Assembly (NCBI GenBank): GCA_001029635.1
Contig: CP011209.1
Span: 683,969 to 747,968 of the forward strand
DNA: 64,000 bases
Reading direction: 5' to 3'
Source of the DNA: Candidatus Wolfebacteria bacterium GW2011_GWB1_47_1
GTDB lineage: Bacteria > Patescibacteriota > Minisyncoccia > UBA6257 > UBA9933
Made by a program: the position numbers and the translations under genes. Under the pieces are notes generated by a model that saw only the letters and a program-made list of their open reading frames with translations, was not told where the DNA came from and searched no databases. Positions 9,301-17,270 of this stretch are shown here, one piece after another. Numbering within the stretch: position 1 is the first letter of the stretch; every line of letters begins with the position of its first letter.

Positions 9301-11563
9301 CCGGGGTCGGGTTAGTAACCTTGATCGTAGATGATCCGGTCGTGGTCACCAGCGATGCCGGAATCGTTGCCGTGATGCTCGTCGCCCCGGTTGTCGTTGA
9401 CGATACGATCGTATCGTTATAGCGAACGACCGTCACTCCATAAAAATTAGTGCCCGTGATCGTTATATTCGCGTCTTCGTTCACATAGATCGGATCCGGG
9501 GCAATATTCGTAATGGTCGGTGCGCGGTAGTGCACATTGGTCGTGGTCGCCGCACTCCCCCCGCCTGGCGTGCTATTGGTGACTGTCAACGAGAATGCGC
9601 CAGTCGAAGAAGCGACGACGGCGGGTAAGGTTGCGGTGATCAGTGTAGTTCCTGTAGTTGTAGACGATAACGTCGTTCCTGCAAATGCAACGACGGAGTT
9701 GCTGTAAAAATTGGTGCCGGTAATGGTGAGTATCGTGGTCTCATTTACATACACCGGGTCTGGGGTGTTGGACGTGATAGTCGGTGCGCGGTAGTGCACA
9801 TTGGTCGTGGTCGCCGCAGAGCCTCCACCCGGGGTCGGATTGGTGACCGTCAACGAAAACGCGCCGGTGGTAGAAGCCACGGCGGCGGGCAAGGTCGCGG
9901 TGATCGATGTCGAGCCGGTCGTAGTGGACGACAAGGTTGTCCCCGCAAATGCGACGACAGAGTTGCTGTAAAAGTTTGTGCCGGTAATGGTGAGGATCGT
10001 GGTCTCATTTACGAACACCGGGTCGGGTGTATTGGACGTAATGGTCGGAGTCCTATATTTGACGACAAACGCGGCACTCGTCGTCGACGTGCCTCCGCCC
10101 GGGGTCGGATTGGTGACCGTCACCGTTGAGGTGCCGGTGCTTGCAAGGTCTGTCGTCGTCACGGTCATATCGAGCGTGGTCGAATTAACAAACGCGGTTG
10201 TGCGCGCACTCCCATTCCAGTTTGCCACGGAACCGGAAACAAACTGTTGTCCGGTCACCGTCACGGTCGTTGTCGCGTCCCCGATGAACGCTTCATTCGG
10301 AGAAAGCGTTGTGACTACTGGCACGCGGTTGCGCACTACAAAACTCTGTCCACTCGAAGTACCTCCTCCGGGGGTCGGGTTAAAAACGGTAATCGTTGAA
10401 GTTCCCGCGGTCGTCAGGTCGGACGACGGGACTGTAATTTCCAATGTTGTGGAATTGATGAACGAGGTCATACGATCTGAATCATTCCAGCGCGCGACCG
10501 AGGACGCAACAAATCCCGAACCAGTCAAGGTTACGGTCGTTGTCCCGCTTTGTACCTCGGTCGATGTCGGACTAATGGCCGTCAACACCGGGGTCGGATT
10601 TTTTACCGTGATCGTCGGATGTGACGCGATGTTCGTCAGCGCGCCGGAATCATCGAAGCGCGATGTTGTTGTTGCAGTATATGTTCCAAAGACCGACGGG
10701 ACTGTCACGCCGCTTGTTCCACCACCATCACCATATGTCATTGTTGCAGTCCCTAGCGCTGCAAGTTGCAAAAAACGTGCGTTGATCGAGCTTGACGGAA
10801 ATGTCAAAGAACCCGGACCTAATACTATATCGTCCGCGTACACCGTTATGTTATCAAGTGCGGCATTGTTCGCGATACGAAATCCATAACTAACAACCGA
10901 TGTGCGCGTGGTCACTCCGAAATTGATCGTTACGTATGTCCATGTATTCGCAGTGATCGCCGGGATATTAATGGATTCGATCGGGCTCGCTAAATTTGCG
11001 CTGTTGTCGTAGCTGAATTGCAATCTATTTGCCGCAATATCCACATCCGTCCTGATCCAAAATCCGACCGTAGTGTACGACGCCCAATTTTGCGACGTGA
11101 TATTTTTGTACCACACATCCCCATTTGATTCATTGCCATTGATACAGTGGATTGATGCCGCTCCTTCGTGTTTCACCCCTGTATCCGCCGTAGGCGCCCC
11201 TGCGGCACACGCGCTTCCAGCACTCCACCCCGTCGCGCTATCCATATCATCTATCACGTCTGCAATCGTGCCGGTCGTGCTAACCGTCGTATATCCGGCC
11301 GTGCCCGCCGTCCCTTGCGGAGCACTGAAGCCTGCCGGCATTGCAATATTAATACCGCCCGAATTCATAGTCTCGGCGGCAGTAAAGGTAAACGTAAACG
11401 TATTTCCGGTCGAACTCACGTCCGTACTCGTCGGCGTGACGGCATTTGTCCCCGAGCCGTCGGCAGCGTACGCAGGCGTAACGCCAAAAATTACGCTGCC
11501 GATCATTAATCCGACTAAAGTGATTACGCTAAATAACGACACACCTTTTTTTTGGGACATCAT
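3350..11563 (-). CDS. Giant (2737 aa) Thr-rich surface protein: CBM-like N-terminal domain, tandem IPT/TIG repeats, invasin/Big-like repeats, C-terminal dockerin
   Basis: Signal peptide; repeated PTITS..P...TLTITGTNF...VTNPTPGGG; repeated TRKDQYGN and VQAQD..G; C-terminal ADLNNNGSVDIGDWSIF...VDLNDDGKVDISDFSIF. Confidence 0.88.
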   Translation of the reverse strand: MMSQKKGVSLFSVITLVGLMIGSVIFGVTPAYAADGSGTNAVTPTSTDVSSTGNTFTFTFTAAETMNSGGINIAMPAGFSAPQGTAGTAGYTTVSTTGTIADVIDDMDSATGWSAGSACAAGAPTADTGVKHEGAASIHCINGNESNGDVWYKNITSQNWASYTTVGFWIRTDVDIAANRLQFSYDNSANLASPIESINIPAITANTWTYVTINFGVTTRTSVVSYGFRIANNAALDNITVYADDIVLGPGSLTFPSSSINARFLQLAALGTATMTYGDGGGTSGVTVPSVFGTYTATTTSRFDDSGALTNIASHPTITVKNPTPVLTAISPTSTEVQSGTTTVTLTGSGFVASSVARWNDSDRMTSFINSTTLEITVPSSDLTTAGTSTITVFNPTPGGGTSSGQSFVVRNRVPVVTTLSPNEAFIGDATTTVTVTGQQFVSGSVANWNGSARTTAFVNSTTLDMTVTTTDLASTGTSTVTVTNPTPGGGTSTTSAAFVVKYRTPTITSNTPDPVFVNETTILTITGTNFYSNSVVAFAGTTLSSTTTGSTSITATLPAAVASTTGAFSLTVTNPTPGGGSAATTTNVHYRAPTITSNTPDPVYVNETTILTITGTNFYSNSVVAFAGTTLSSTTTGTTLITATLPAVVASSTGAFSLTVTNSTPGGGSAATTTNVHYRAPTITNIAPDPIYVNEDANITITGTNFYGVTVVRYNDTIVSSTTTGATSITATIPASLVTTTGSSTIKVTNPTPGGGEDTRNLNVHYRAPTITSNTPDPVYVNETTILTITGTNFYGASVVKFAGTTLSSTTTGSTSITATLPASVASTTGAFSLTVTNPTPGGGSAATTTNVHYRAPTLTSIDPAEANVGSGDTLITLTGTNFYAISVARFDGSNLTTTYVSPTELTATIPAAMLTTVGTSTVTVFTPTPGGGTSEGRPFAKLNPTPTTTGISPDTKFVNDAQFTLTVNGTFFVSDSVVRFNGSDRVTSYISSTTLEATIPASDLTTATDTVQITVFSPTPGGGTSNTQTFNVHHKTPTITTAAPDPIYVNEETVVTITGTNFYSSSVVVFAGATLVSTTNSATEIVATVPAAVASTTGAFSLTVTNPTPGGGSAATTTNVHYRAPTLTSIDPAEANVGSGDTLITLTGTNFYAISVARFDGSNLTTTYVSPTELTATIPAAMLTTVGTSTVTVFNPTPGGGTSGGQTFIRRNPTPSVTSVDPSEAFIGSPDTIITVTGVGFVSSTVIRFDGDDLTTTLINATTATATIPAAMLTTAGTSTITAFNPAPGGGLSTTSVTFLRKNQTPTITSLVPDTAEEGSATTSLTIDGTNFIGGTTVTFDGTLLTISASSTTVIETSIPASLLATFGTSTVEVTNPGPGGGTATSPFIISRGAVKFAFSGAPYSGTVDGPITATIQAQRENGTVVTNYQSDITLNASDSATPESILVNIVNGAGTTTISDTVAETVTLSLTDTQGTGLDVSATTSATFAHGVITQLALAGPATLNVGDRAGFVTTRKDQYGNPVTSGPDTTVYFYTTSTSSSAVFYNAATNGTVITSAIIGSGASTTAAWYYDEEPGTYTITSSDNGTAPDGNAGINDATSTIAVNAVATRFMIINPTDGTVDAPITVVVQAQDNLGRLITDYQSDVTLIASSTGGQVNATSTLVDIINGSGTTTISNTIAETVFLSLLDSQGTGLNVASSTQDVVFAPGAVAQFSLTHSGDMEQNTRKEFVAGRKDQYGNFVSASTTPAYMYASPTSTAKFYDTDAGGNEITAIAFTPGNATTSFWFYSNTPATTTVTVSDNATAPDGDEGINDASNEILVTPTAVRFEIVDPTDGTVDASITVTVRALDEFGQVVPSFTEDVTLLVTGSAVANPVLVDLEGGIGTTQVSDTVAETVTLSLSDTQSTGLAATSTQDVMFGVGAFAKLNLNNVVNATAGDLVAYTVTRTDQYNNQITSSSITVGISATPTTSPGTFYGSNSTSSSVITSVAIDAGNASAQFWYYNEVAGSYQVTTQTGAVIGYDDIVIDPAAIAKFTINDRTSMNPASRVQYTVVRKDQFNNPVTAGDTTAYLYANPAGVGTSFYDAATNGNVVTSVTIGGGQSSQSAWYYEETSGDHTITASDNATAPDGVAGIIDASDMISVQVATGTRFVFEPEPDPQTLAAGASSLVTVQVQDDFGNIDTNYQNDVTLVTGVTSVSGTGLTNGQVLIDIVNGEGTITLTDTVAETVNLALSDTQGTGLAVTDTASIIWTAGTVTQFTLTDQTSIVAGTSTSYTVTRKDQYGNVVTSGSNLVYLYTSSTGAQARFQATETGTSSISFVTLANGFASTTFWYYDEEAGTWDITASDNATAADGAAGIADASDSLIVTAAPVVADRYVVLNPADAGLNENTVVIIQAQDADGGLDATVQEDVYLVFSTSTITSSPMKLDGRALVNIVDGIGTVTVSDTVAETVQLSLERLTGSTSTLGITSTQDVMFFVRQTSVGGGGGGGGVYVAPSVTFTGRAYPGARVSLFARVGGQDIPLERDIEVRADGTFTIDFSGALRGLESFGLAILDKDGKIAQIKTYTMDKVTRATEEKNLYIAPTAGLVSRTVTIGNNVGLTGSAAPGSVVKAEIDGQLVETEVAVGSGGTYRLLVNTRELAYGGHVVRVKQVDKNGIESDWSPLKVFTVTRTLVTRADLNNNGSVDIGDWSIFLTRFGSTDAEKRRQVDLNDDGKVDISDFSIFIRSTIGG
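7998..9090. repeat. Identical 286-bp intragenic direct repeat (7998-8283 and 8805-9090)
   Basis: Base-by-base match at an offset of 807 bp (269 codons). Confidence 0.9.
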
Positions 11564-11640
11564 ATGTACTTGTTTACGTTTATGAATACTGTATTAGATA
11601 AATTATATCATCATTCTTATTTTCTGTGTATAGAAGTTGA

Positions 11641-11734
11641 GCACATTCCCGCCTCTGCAGGAATGACATACAGAAGGACAGATTTCTCGACTTCTCCGTC
11701 GGCTAACGGATCCACTCGGGATAATAGAATGTGC
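11641..11734. repeat. Degenerate REP-type palindromic element
   Basis: CATTCC-CGC-CTCT-GCA-GGAATGAC hairpin at 11644-11667, bounded by inverted GCACATTC/GAATGTGC. Confidence 0.55.
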
Positions 11735-11741
11735 CCTTGAT

Positions 11742-12935
11742 TTATTGTAACCCCCCGCTTGTGTAATTGCTTGACGGATTCCATAGCATATACCCGACAT
11801 AGCCATCCTTGAGCGTGTCCTTCGATGCCTTGATTTGTTTACCTATCATCGCCGCATCGTAATCAGCACCAAGATCGAAGTCTTGCAGCCAAGGACGCAG
11901 CTTTGCGGTTGAGGATGCCGTTGCCTTGTGCATATCAAGGCGCTCTTTCCCCTTCTGCATGGAATCTGCCACCACCTCATAGGGCCATGCAGCCGGGTTT
12001 TTATACCCCATGAATCCATCCGGGTAGTGCGATGGATAAACCATTGGTGATATAAAATCAAAGTTGGCATATGCATCCTCGACAATCTGACCAATTCCGA
12101 TATCCTCTGTTTTAATCATCGTGAAGCCGAATAGGTCCGCCGAAATCACAACGCCACGCATCTCCTCACGCAGATATTGCATAAACTTTTTAATTATCTC
12201 CGTATGTGCTGTATTCTCGATGGTCTTTGGATACAGTATCGATGTGATTGAACCGTCGGACGGGAATCGAATGTAGTCGTAATTTAATTCATCGAATCCG
12301 TAACCCAACACGTCTTTTGATAGTGCTACCACATATTCATACACTTCACTTGATGACGGGTCCACCCATGCAAGGTTCTTTCGATCGCGCCAGATTGTTT
12401 TCTTTGACATCGCCCCGCCAGCAGCACGTACTTTTCTCGCATCATGCACCGCTATTTCGGGACGCGCTTCGGCAAATGCCGTATCTTGAAACACCGCAAC
12501 GCGACCGATTACATAAATTCCTTCATCATGGAATCGTTGTACCAACCCTCCAAGATCACGAATAAATTTTTGTCGCAGTTTATATTGTTTAACCGTTTCC
12601 AATTGCGAATCGTATGCCACCATACCGAATGAATCTTTGACATCGATTACCACCGCGTTAAGCCCATTCTTCTTCATCGCGAGCACCGTTTGTATCTTAT
12701 CCTCACGACCCGCCGATGGCGCGGTGAGATAGACTGCCTTCATCACATCGGGCGTCTTCATTCTCTCTATCATCGGCGTAGTCACGTCCTCTCCTTTCTT
12801 TATTTGTTCCTGTTGCGATTCCATACCGGTTGCATTACTAGAACCATTGACCGAGTCCTTGTTTGTATACGATAACCCAAATGCTGCCGCGCTAAGCACT
12901 ACACCCCCGATTCCAATGAAGAAAAGTTTTTTCAT
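11742..12935 (-). CDS. Putative glycoside hydrolase, DUF4015 family, membrane anchored
   Basis: NAVVIDVKD..G, IGRVAVFQD, WVDP, GFDELNYDYIRFPSDG, SPMVYPSHY, LRPWLQDF; likely start MKKL at 12935. Confidence 0.85.
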   Translation of the reverse strand: MKKLFFIGIGGVVLSAAAFGLSYTNKDSVNGSSNATGMESQQEQIKKGEDVTTPMIERMKTPDVMKAVYLTAPSAGREDKIQTVLAMKKNGLNAVVIDVKDSFGMVAYDSQLETVKQYKLRQKFIRDLGGLVQRFHDEGIYVIGRVAVFQDTAFAEARPEIAVHDARKVRAAGGAMSKKTIWRDRKNLAWVDPSSSEVYEYVVALSKDVLGYGFDELNYDYIRFPSDGSITSILYPKTIENTAHTEIIKKFMQYLREEMRGVVISADLFGFTMIKTEDIGIGQIVEDAYANFDFISPMVYPSHYPDGFMGYKNPAAWPYEVVADSMQKGKERLDMHKATASSTAKLRPWLQDFDLGADYDAAMIGKQIKASKDTLKDGYVGYMLWNPSSNYTSGGLQ

Positions 12936-13029
12936 AAATATGCTTACAGTATAGCATGGAGCGTCTTCCATAGAATATAGGCACTTGGGTATGGTATTAT
13001 TACCATAACAACCGTTAGTCATTTCTATT

Positions 13030-13674
13030 ATGACCCAAGAACTTCGCTTTATCGACCGTGAAGATGCCGGGCGACAGCTCGCGCAAAAACTTCTTTCCTA
13101 TAAAGATACTGACGCTATTATCTATGCCTTGCCGCGTGGTGGCGTCGTGACCGCAGTCGCAATCGCACGCGCATTATATGCACCGCTCGATCTCATTATC
13201 CCCCGTAAAATCGGCCACCCGTCCAACCCCGAATACGCTATCGGGGCCGTCGCCGAAGACGGACATTTTACCGCTAACCCCACAGAGATCGCGACCGTCG
13301 ATTCGCAATGGCTCCGCTCGGAAATAGAGCATCAACAAGCAGAAGCAAAACGCAGACGCGAAACGTATCTCGCAGGCGCATCGCCAATCGATATCTCCGG
13401 TAAGACTGCCATTATTGTCGACGACGGTATTGCAACCGGCCTTACCATGAAATGCGCCATCAATGAGCTCAAGCACCGCAATCCCAAAAAAATTATTGTT
13501 GCCGTTCCCGTTGCCTCAGCTGGCAGCCTTTGGGAGATCAGCGCGTTGGTCGACAAGGTCGTATGTCTTTCAACTCCGGAATTTATGGGTGCGATCGGCG
13601 CATTCTATGAGTCATTCCCGCAGGTCAAAGACGACGAAGTCATCACATTAATGCAATCCCTTACATCGCAATGA
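13030..13674 (+). CDS. Phosphoribosyltransferase family protein
   Basis: F.DREDAGRQLA, ALPRGGV, RKIGHP.NPEYAIGA, IIVDDGIATG, FPQVKDDEV. Confidence 0.92.
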   Translation: MTQELRFIDREDAGRQLAQKLLSYKDTDAIIYALPRGGVVTAVAIARALYAPLDLIIPRKIGHPSNPEYAIGAVAEDGHFTANPTEIATVDSQWLRSEIEHQQAEAKRRRETYLAGASPIDISGKTAIIVDDGIATGLTMKCAINELKHRNPKKIIVAVPVASAGSLWEISALVDKVVCLSTPEFMGAIGAFYESFPQVKDDEVITLMQSLTSQ

Positions 13675-14552
13675 TTCTTTTCACCTTTCCCGAATACGAG
13701 TATATAGGAAGCGTATTGCGCAAATCTCCTGGATACAAGAAGGGTAATTTTTTCGTCAACCGTTACGCAAACAGTGAGATGCATATTTCTCTTGACACCG
13801 ATGTGCGCGGACAAGAGTGTACTATTCTCGGGACTATCGCTCCTCCCGATACCAATCTTGTTTCATTTCTTCTCCTTGCTGATACGCTCAAGCGCAAGGG
13901 CGCGCGTAAAGTGACTGCACTCCTTCCTTACCTTGCATATACGCGACACGACAAGATTGTTACTAAAGAAAGTCTCGCAACCGCATGGATCGGCGGACTT
14001 CTTGAACAATCACAGATCGACGCCATTACAACGCTTAGTTTGCATAGCGACGAGGATCGGGAATACATCCCTCTCCCTATCAATGCGCTTTCCCTTGCCG
14101 GCACGTTCGCCACGATCATTGCGGATCGATCATTGACTGATGCAGCCATTGTCGCTCCTGACGAAGGAGCACTCGACCGATGCGAGGCTGTCAAGCGCGC
14201 GGCCGAAATGCAGATGCATGTCGCTTCATTCAAAAAACGCCACACCGCGACGGGCATTGCACTTTCCCGAATATCCGGCACCATCAAGCCCGAAGTTATT
14301 ATTGTCGACGACATGATCGATACCGGACAGACTCTAATCGCATGTTGCAGACAGCTAAAAACGCTTGGCGTAAAACGTATCACTATTTTCGTAACCCACG
14401 GGCTGTTCACCGGAACCGCATGGTCACAACTCTGGAAACTGGGTGTCGATCGCATCTACTGCACCGACTCAATACCGCCTTCACTGCTCCCCAAGGATGC
14501 GCATATCACCATCATTCCCATTGCGCCGTTATTACAAAAAGAACTTTACTAG
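13671..14552 (+). CDS. prs: Ribose-phosphate pyrophosphokinase family protein
   Basis: LPYLAYTRHDK, VAPDEGA, IIVDDMIDTGQT, VTHGLF, CTDS; ATGA overlap with the upstream gene. Confidence 0.88.
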   Translation: MILFTFPEYEYIGSVLRKSPGYKKGNFFVNRYANSEMHISLDTDVRGQECTILGTIAPPDTNLVSFLLLADTLKRKGARKVTALLPYLAYTRHDKIVTKESLATAWIGGLLEQSQIDAITTLSLHSDEDREYIPLPINALSLAGTFATIIADRSLTDAAIVAPDEGALDRCEAVKRAAEMQMHVASFKKRHTATGIALSRISGTIKPEVIIVDDMIDTGQTLIACCRQLKTLGVKRITIFVTHGLFTGTAWSQLWKLGVDRIYCTDSIPPSLLPKDAHITIIPIAPLLQKELY

Positions 14553-14553
14553 T

Positions 14554-15180
14554 ATGGATATCATCATTCCCGTCGATGCTACCACCGAATTACCGGGCAT
14601 ACTTACTATTCCGGAGTATGCGACCGGCATCGTCTTATTCGCGCACGGGAGCGGGAGTAGTCGCTTAAGCCCGCGCAATACATTTGTCGCGACCGAACTC
14701 AATAACGCCAGTATCGCAACACTACTAATAGACCTATTAACCGAAGACGAGGATTCTGTTTATGAAACCCGCTTCGATATCGACTTACTCACCCAACGTC
14801 TCGGTGTAGTGGCGCAATGGCTCTCCAAAAACGAACAGACGCAACATCTCCCACTCGGCCTTTTTGGCGCGAGTACGGGAGCGGCTTCAGCGCTCAATCT
14901 TGCTGTTTCGCAACCGAACCTTATTCACGCCGTCGTGTCACGCGGCGGACGACCTGATATGAGCTTGGCCAGCTTACCGCTTGTTCAAACGCCAACATTA
15001 TTGATCGTTGGCGGCAATGATACTGTTGTTACTGACCTCAATCAGCAGGCATATGAACAGCTCCTCTGTGAAAAAGAGATTGCTATTATTCCCGGCGCAA
15101 CCCACCTATTCGAAGAACCTGGCGCGCTCGAGCAAGTTTCCGAACATGCAATCCGGTGGTTTATAAAATATTTAAAATAA
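14554..15180 (+). CDS. Alpha/beta hydrolase, dienelactone hydrolase family
   Basis: FAHGSGSSRLSPRN, FGASTGAA, VSRGGRPD, PGATHLFEEPGALE; start MDIII at 14554. Confidence 0.9.
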   Translation: MDIIIPVDATTELPGILTIPEYATGIVLFAHGSGSSRLSPRNTFVATELNNASIATLLIDLLTEDEDSVYETRFDIDLLTQRLGVVAQWLSKNEQTQHLPLGLFGASTGAASALNLAVSQPNLIHAVVSRGGRPDMSLASLPLVQTPTLLIVGGNDTVVTDLNQQAYEQLLCEKEIAIIPGATHLFEEPGALEQVSEHAIRWFIKYLK

Positions 15181-15192
15181 TAACAATACCGC

Positions 15193-15984
15193 CTAACCTA
15201 ATCTTATTGAATCTTTTACCCCAAACTCCCCCACTCGTATTCGCACTAATCGCATTAGTACCGCATCGGTACTAAGTCGCTTTCCCAACTCATGAGAGAG
15301 CGTTCTGATATATGTACCACTCGCACAATGAACCCGCAGCCGCACTACAGGGAACGCGGTCTTATTCATAAGACCGCTCAGCACCACGCCCCATTGGTGA
15401 AGTATCTCTGTTTGACGAAAGTCTCCCCGGACGTTTTTAACCATCATTGTGACGGTTTTCCGCACCATATCAGCGCTGATCGCGCATAGCTCTAGCAGTT
15501 TGACATCATGCACGCACATGCTTCGCTTTGGAATTTCTATTTCGTGTAATCTTCCCTCTCTCGCCCATTGGAACAGTGGCTTTCCGTTGATCGGTTTTGA
15601 CGAATATGCCGGAAAAGGATATTCACATATACCTTTCAACCCTACCAATTCCTTCTTGATCCGTTCGATGCCAATGGCGCGCGCATCGTATACCGTCGGC
15701 AACCCAAGCAGGTCATGCGTGTCGGTTCCAAATCCGAACACAATATTCGCTTCATACACCTTATCAAGTTGTACATACTCTTCTTTTTTATGTACTGCAT
15801 CACCAACCAGTATGATCAATACACCCTCCGCCATTGGATCCAATCTTCCGGCATAGGTCATTTTTTCATTGCGATATTCGGGGTACGCTTTCCGAACCCG
15901 ATCGATCGCCTGTAATGGTGTCATTCCTTGTGGCTTGTAGATGTTTAAAACAGCTTCCATGATGGGCTTATCGTAACGCATCAT
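15193..15984 (-). CDS. truB: tRNA pseudouridine synthase B-like protein
   Basis: KPQGMTP, YAGRLDPMAEGVL, PAYSS..INGKPL, CASGTYIRTLSHELG, L.RIRVG. Confidence 0.8.
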   Translation of the reverse strand: MMRYDKPIMEAVLNIYKPQGMTPLQAIDRVRKAYPEYRNEKMTYAGRLDPMAEGVLIILVGDAVHKKEEYVQLDKVYEANIVFGFGTDTHDLLGLPTVYDARAIGIERIKKELVGLKGICEYPFPAYSSKPINGKPLFQWAREGRLHEIEIPKRSMCVHDVKLLELCAISADMVRKTVTMMVKNVRGDFRQTEILHQWGVVLSGLMNKTAFPVVRLRVHCASGTYIRTLSHELGKRLSTDAVLMRLVRIRVGEFGVKDSIRLG

Positions 15985-16001
15985 ATTTTTTATGGCAACT
16001 A

Positions 16002-16027
16002 AAAAGCGCCCGTTTTTGGGCGCTTTT
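16002..16027. terminator. Intrinsic terminator-like hairpin
   Basis: AAAAGCGCCC-GTTTTT-GGGCGCTTTT. Confidence 0.65.
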
Positions 16028-16029
16028 CC

Positions 16030-17187
16030 TTATCTTTTTAGCCAAGTCTTTTGATATGCCATCAATGCAACACTCCCTACAGAGGCAAGGAACAGTAAGA
16101 ATACTGCAACCCAACCAATAATCGGAATAATCCAGATCAATTCCAACACAAGCACACCGATCGTCGCATTTTGCCAATTGACCTCATAGTCTTTTGTCTT
16201 CTTGGCCATCTTCATCAGTACTGCGCCGAGCAGTATACCAGCAAGAACCTTCGCAATCATAAGCAATAGCACATACAGCAATACTCCGGCAACGGCAAAC
16301 CAGATACCAATCAGACTGATCATTGCGATCAGTATTGCCGCAGGCATCACGATCAATACCACAAATCCTCGTACCAACTCACGACCAAAATGGTCGGCTG
16401 CCACCTTTACTAATCCTTGAGTCACCTTTTTGAACAAGATCACACCCGCGATCGCCGTCACTAAGATAATCAGCAATTTAACCAGCGCCATAGCACCAAT
16501 CAGCCCTAGCATCGCCGCACGAATCCGCTTATCAGTGCGATCCGGACGCTCTACTTTTTCAAACTGCGTTTCTCCAATAATCATTCCACCTTCTGCGATT
16601 TCTACCGCATTGGGCGATCGATACCATAGCGCACCTTCTATCTTTGCATCCTTTCCGATTGAAAACCGTTTATCTGATCGGATCGAAACATCCCCATTGA
16701 TAACACCGTTAATGATTACTTCTCCCGCGACGATCTTAACGTCGCCCTTCACTGTTCCATCGATAATCGCTTGGCCTCCCGCAACAATCACGTCCCCCTC
16801 GACCGTTGCGCCCGAGATGACCTGCACGACGCCTCCTGCTGCCACTACGTCCCCACTAACGTTCTTACCAATCGTGATTGCGCCGCCAACCGCACGAATA
16901 TCGTCGCCCACATTACCAAGCACTTCGACCGCTCCTCCTGCCGCAATTACATCCTGATCGACATCCCCCACGACTAATATACTCCCCCCTGCGATCACAA
17001 GGTCCCCCCGGATCTCTCCCGCGACTACGTTGTTTTCCGCCCCTACATAAAGATCACTCTCCACAACCTCACCTTTTTGTAGCGTATATTCTCTCGCCGC
17101 CCGCATGTCCGCACCATATACGAACATCGGCATCACTACCATGGAAATCACAAATGCAGTAACCGCAATTTGTTTGAGCTGTTTCAT
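16030..17187 (-). CDS. Membrane protein with an extracytoplasmic bactofilin-like beta-helix and C-terminal TM helices
   Basis: Repeated GD(V/L).AAGG.V.(V/I).G.V units after a signal peptide; several C-terminal TM segments. Confidence 0.8.
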   Translation of the reverse strand: MKQLKQIAVTAFVISMVVMPMFVYGADMRAAREYTLQKGEVVESDLYVGAENNVVAGEIRGDLVIAGGSILVVGDVDQDVIAAGGAVEVLGNVGDDIRAVGGAITIGKNVSGDVVAAGGVVQVISGATVEGDVIVAGGQAIIDGTVKGDVKIVAGEVIINGVINGDVSIRSDKRFSIGKDAKIEGALWYRSPNAVEIAEGGMIIGETQFEKVERPDRTDKRIRAAMLGLIGAMALVKLLIILVTAIAGVILFKKVTQGLVKVAADHFGRELVRGFVVLIVMPAAILIAMISLIGIWFAVAGVLLYVLLLMIAKVLAGILLGAVLMKMAKKTKDYEVNWQNATIGVLVLELIWIIPIIGWVAVFLLFLASVGSVALMAYQKTWLKR

Positions 17188-17193
17188 ATAAAA

Positions 17194-17232
17194 ATAATAC
17201 GAGTATTAGTTAGCGACTATTACTCGTATTAT
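17194..17232. terminator. Intergenic hairpin downstream of the ABC-F gene
   Basis: ATAATACGAGTA...TACTCGTATTAT, a perfect 12-bp stem extended by TAGT/ACTA. Confidence 0.5.
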
Positions 17233-17270
17233 ACCCCTTTCTATTTAATTATTCCACGCACTCTTCAACG

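Noticed and set aside
7900-10400. Recurring CCTCCGCCCGGGGTCGG-type repeats as a CRISPR array
   Set aside because: They encode NPTPGGG in frame, are spaced about 260-270 bp apart, and no cas genes are present.
3378-11585. Many long plus-strand ORFs inside the giant gene
   Set aside because: Antisense frames kept open by Thr/Gly/Val codon bias; no recognisable motifs.
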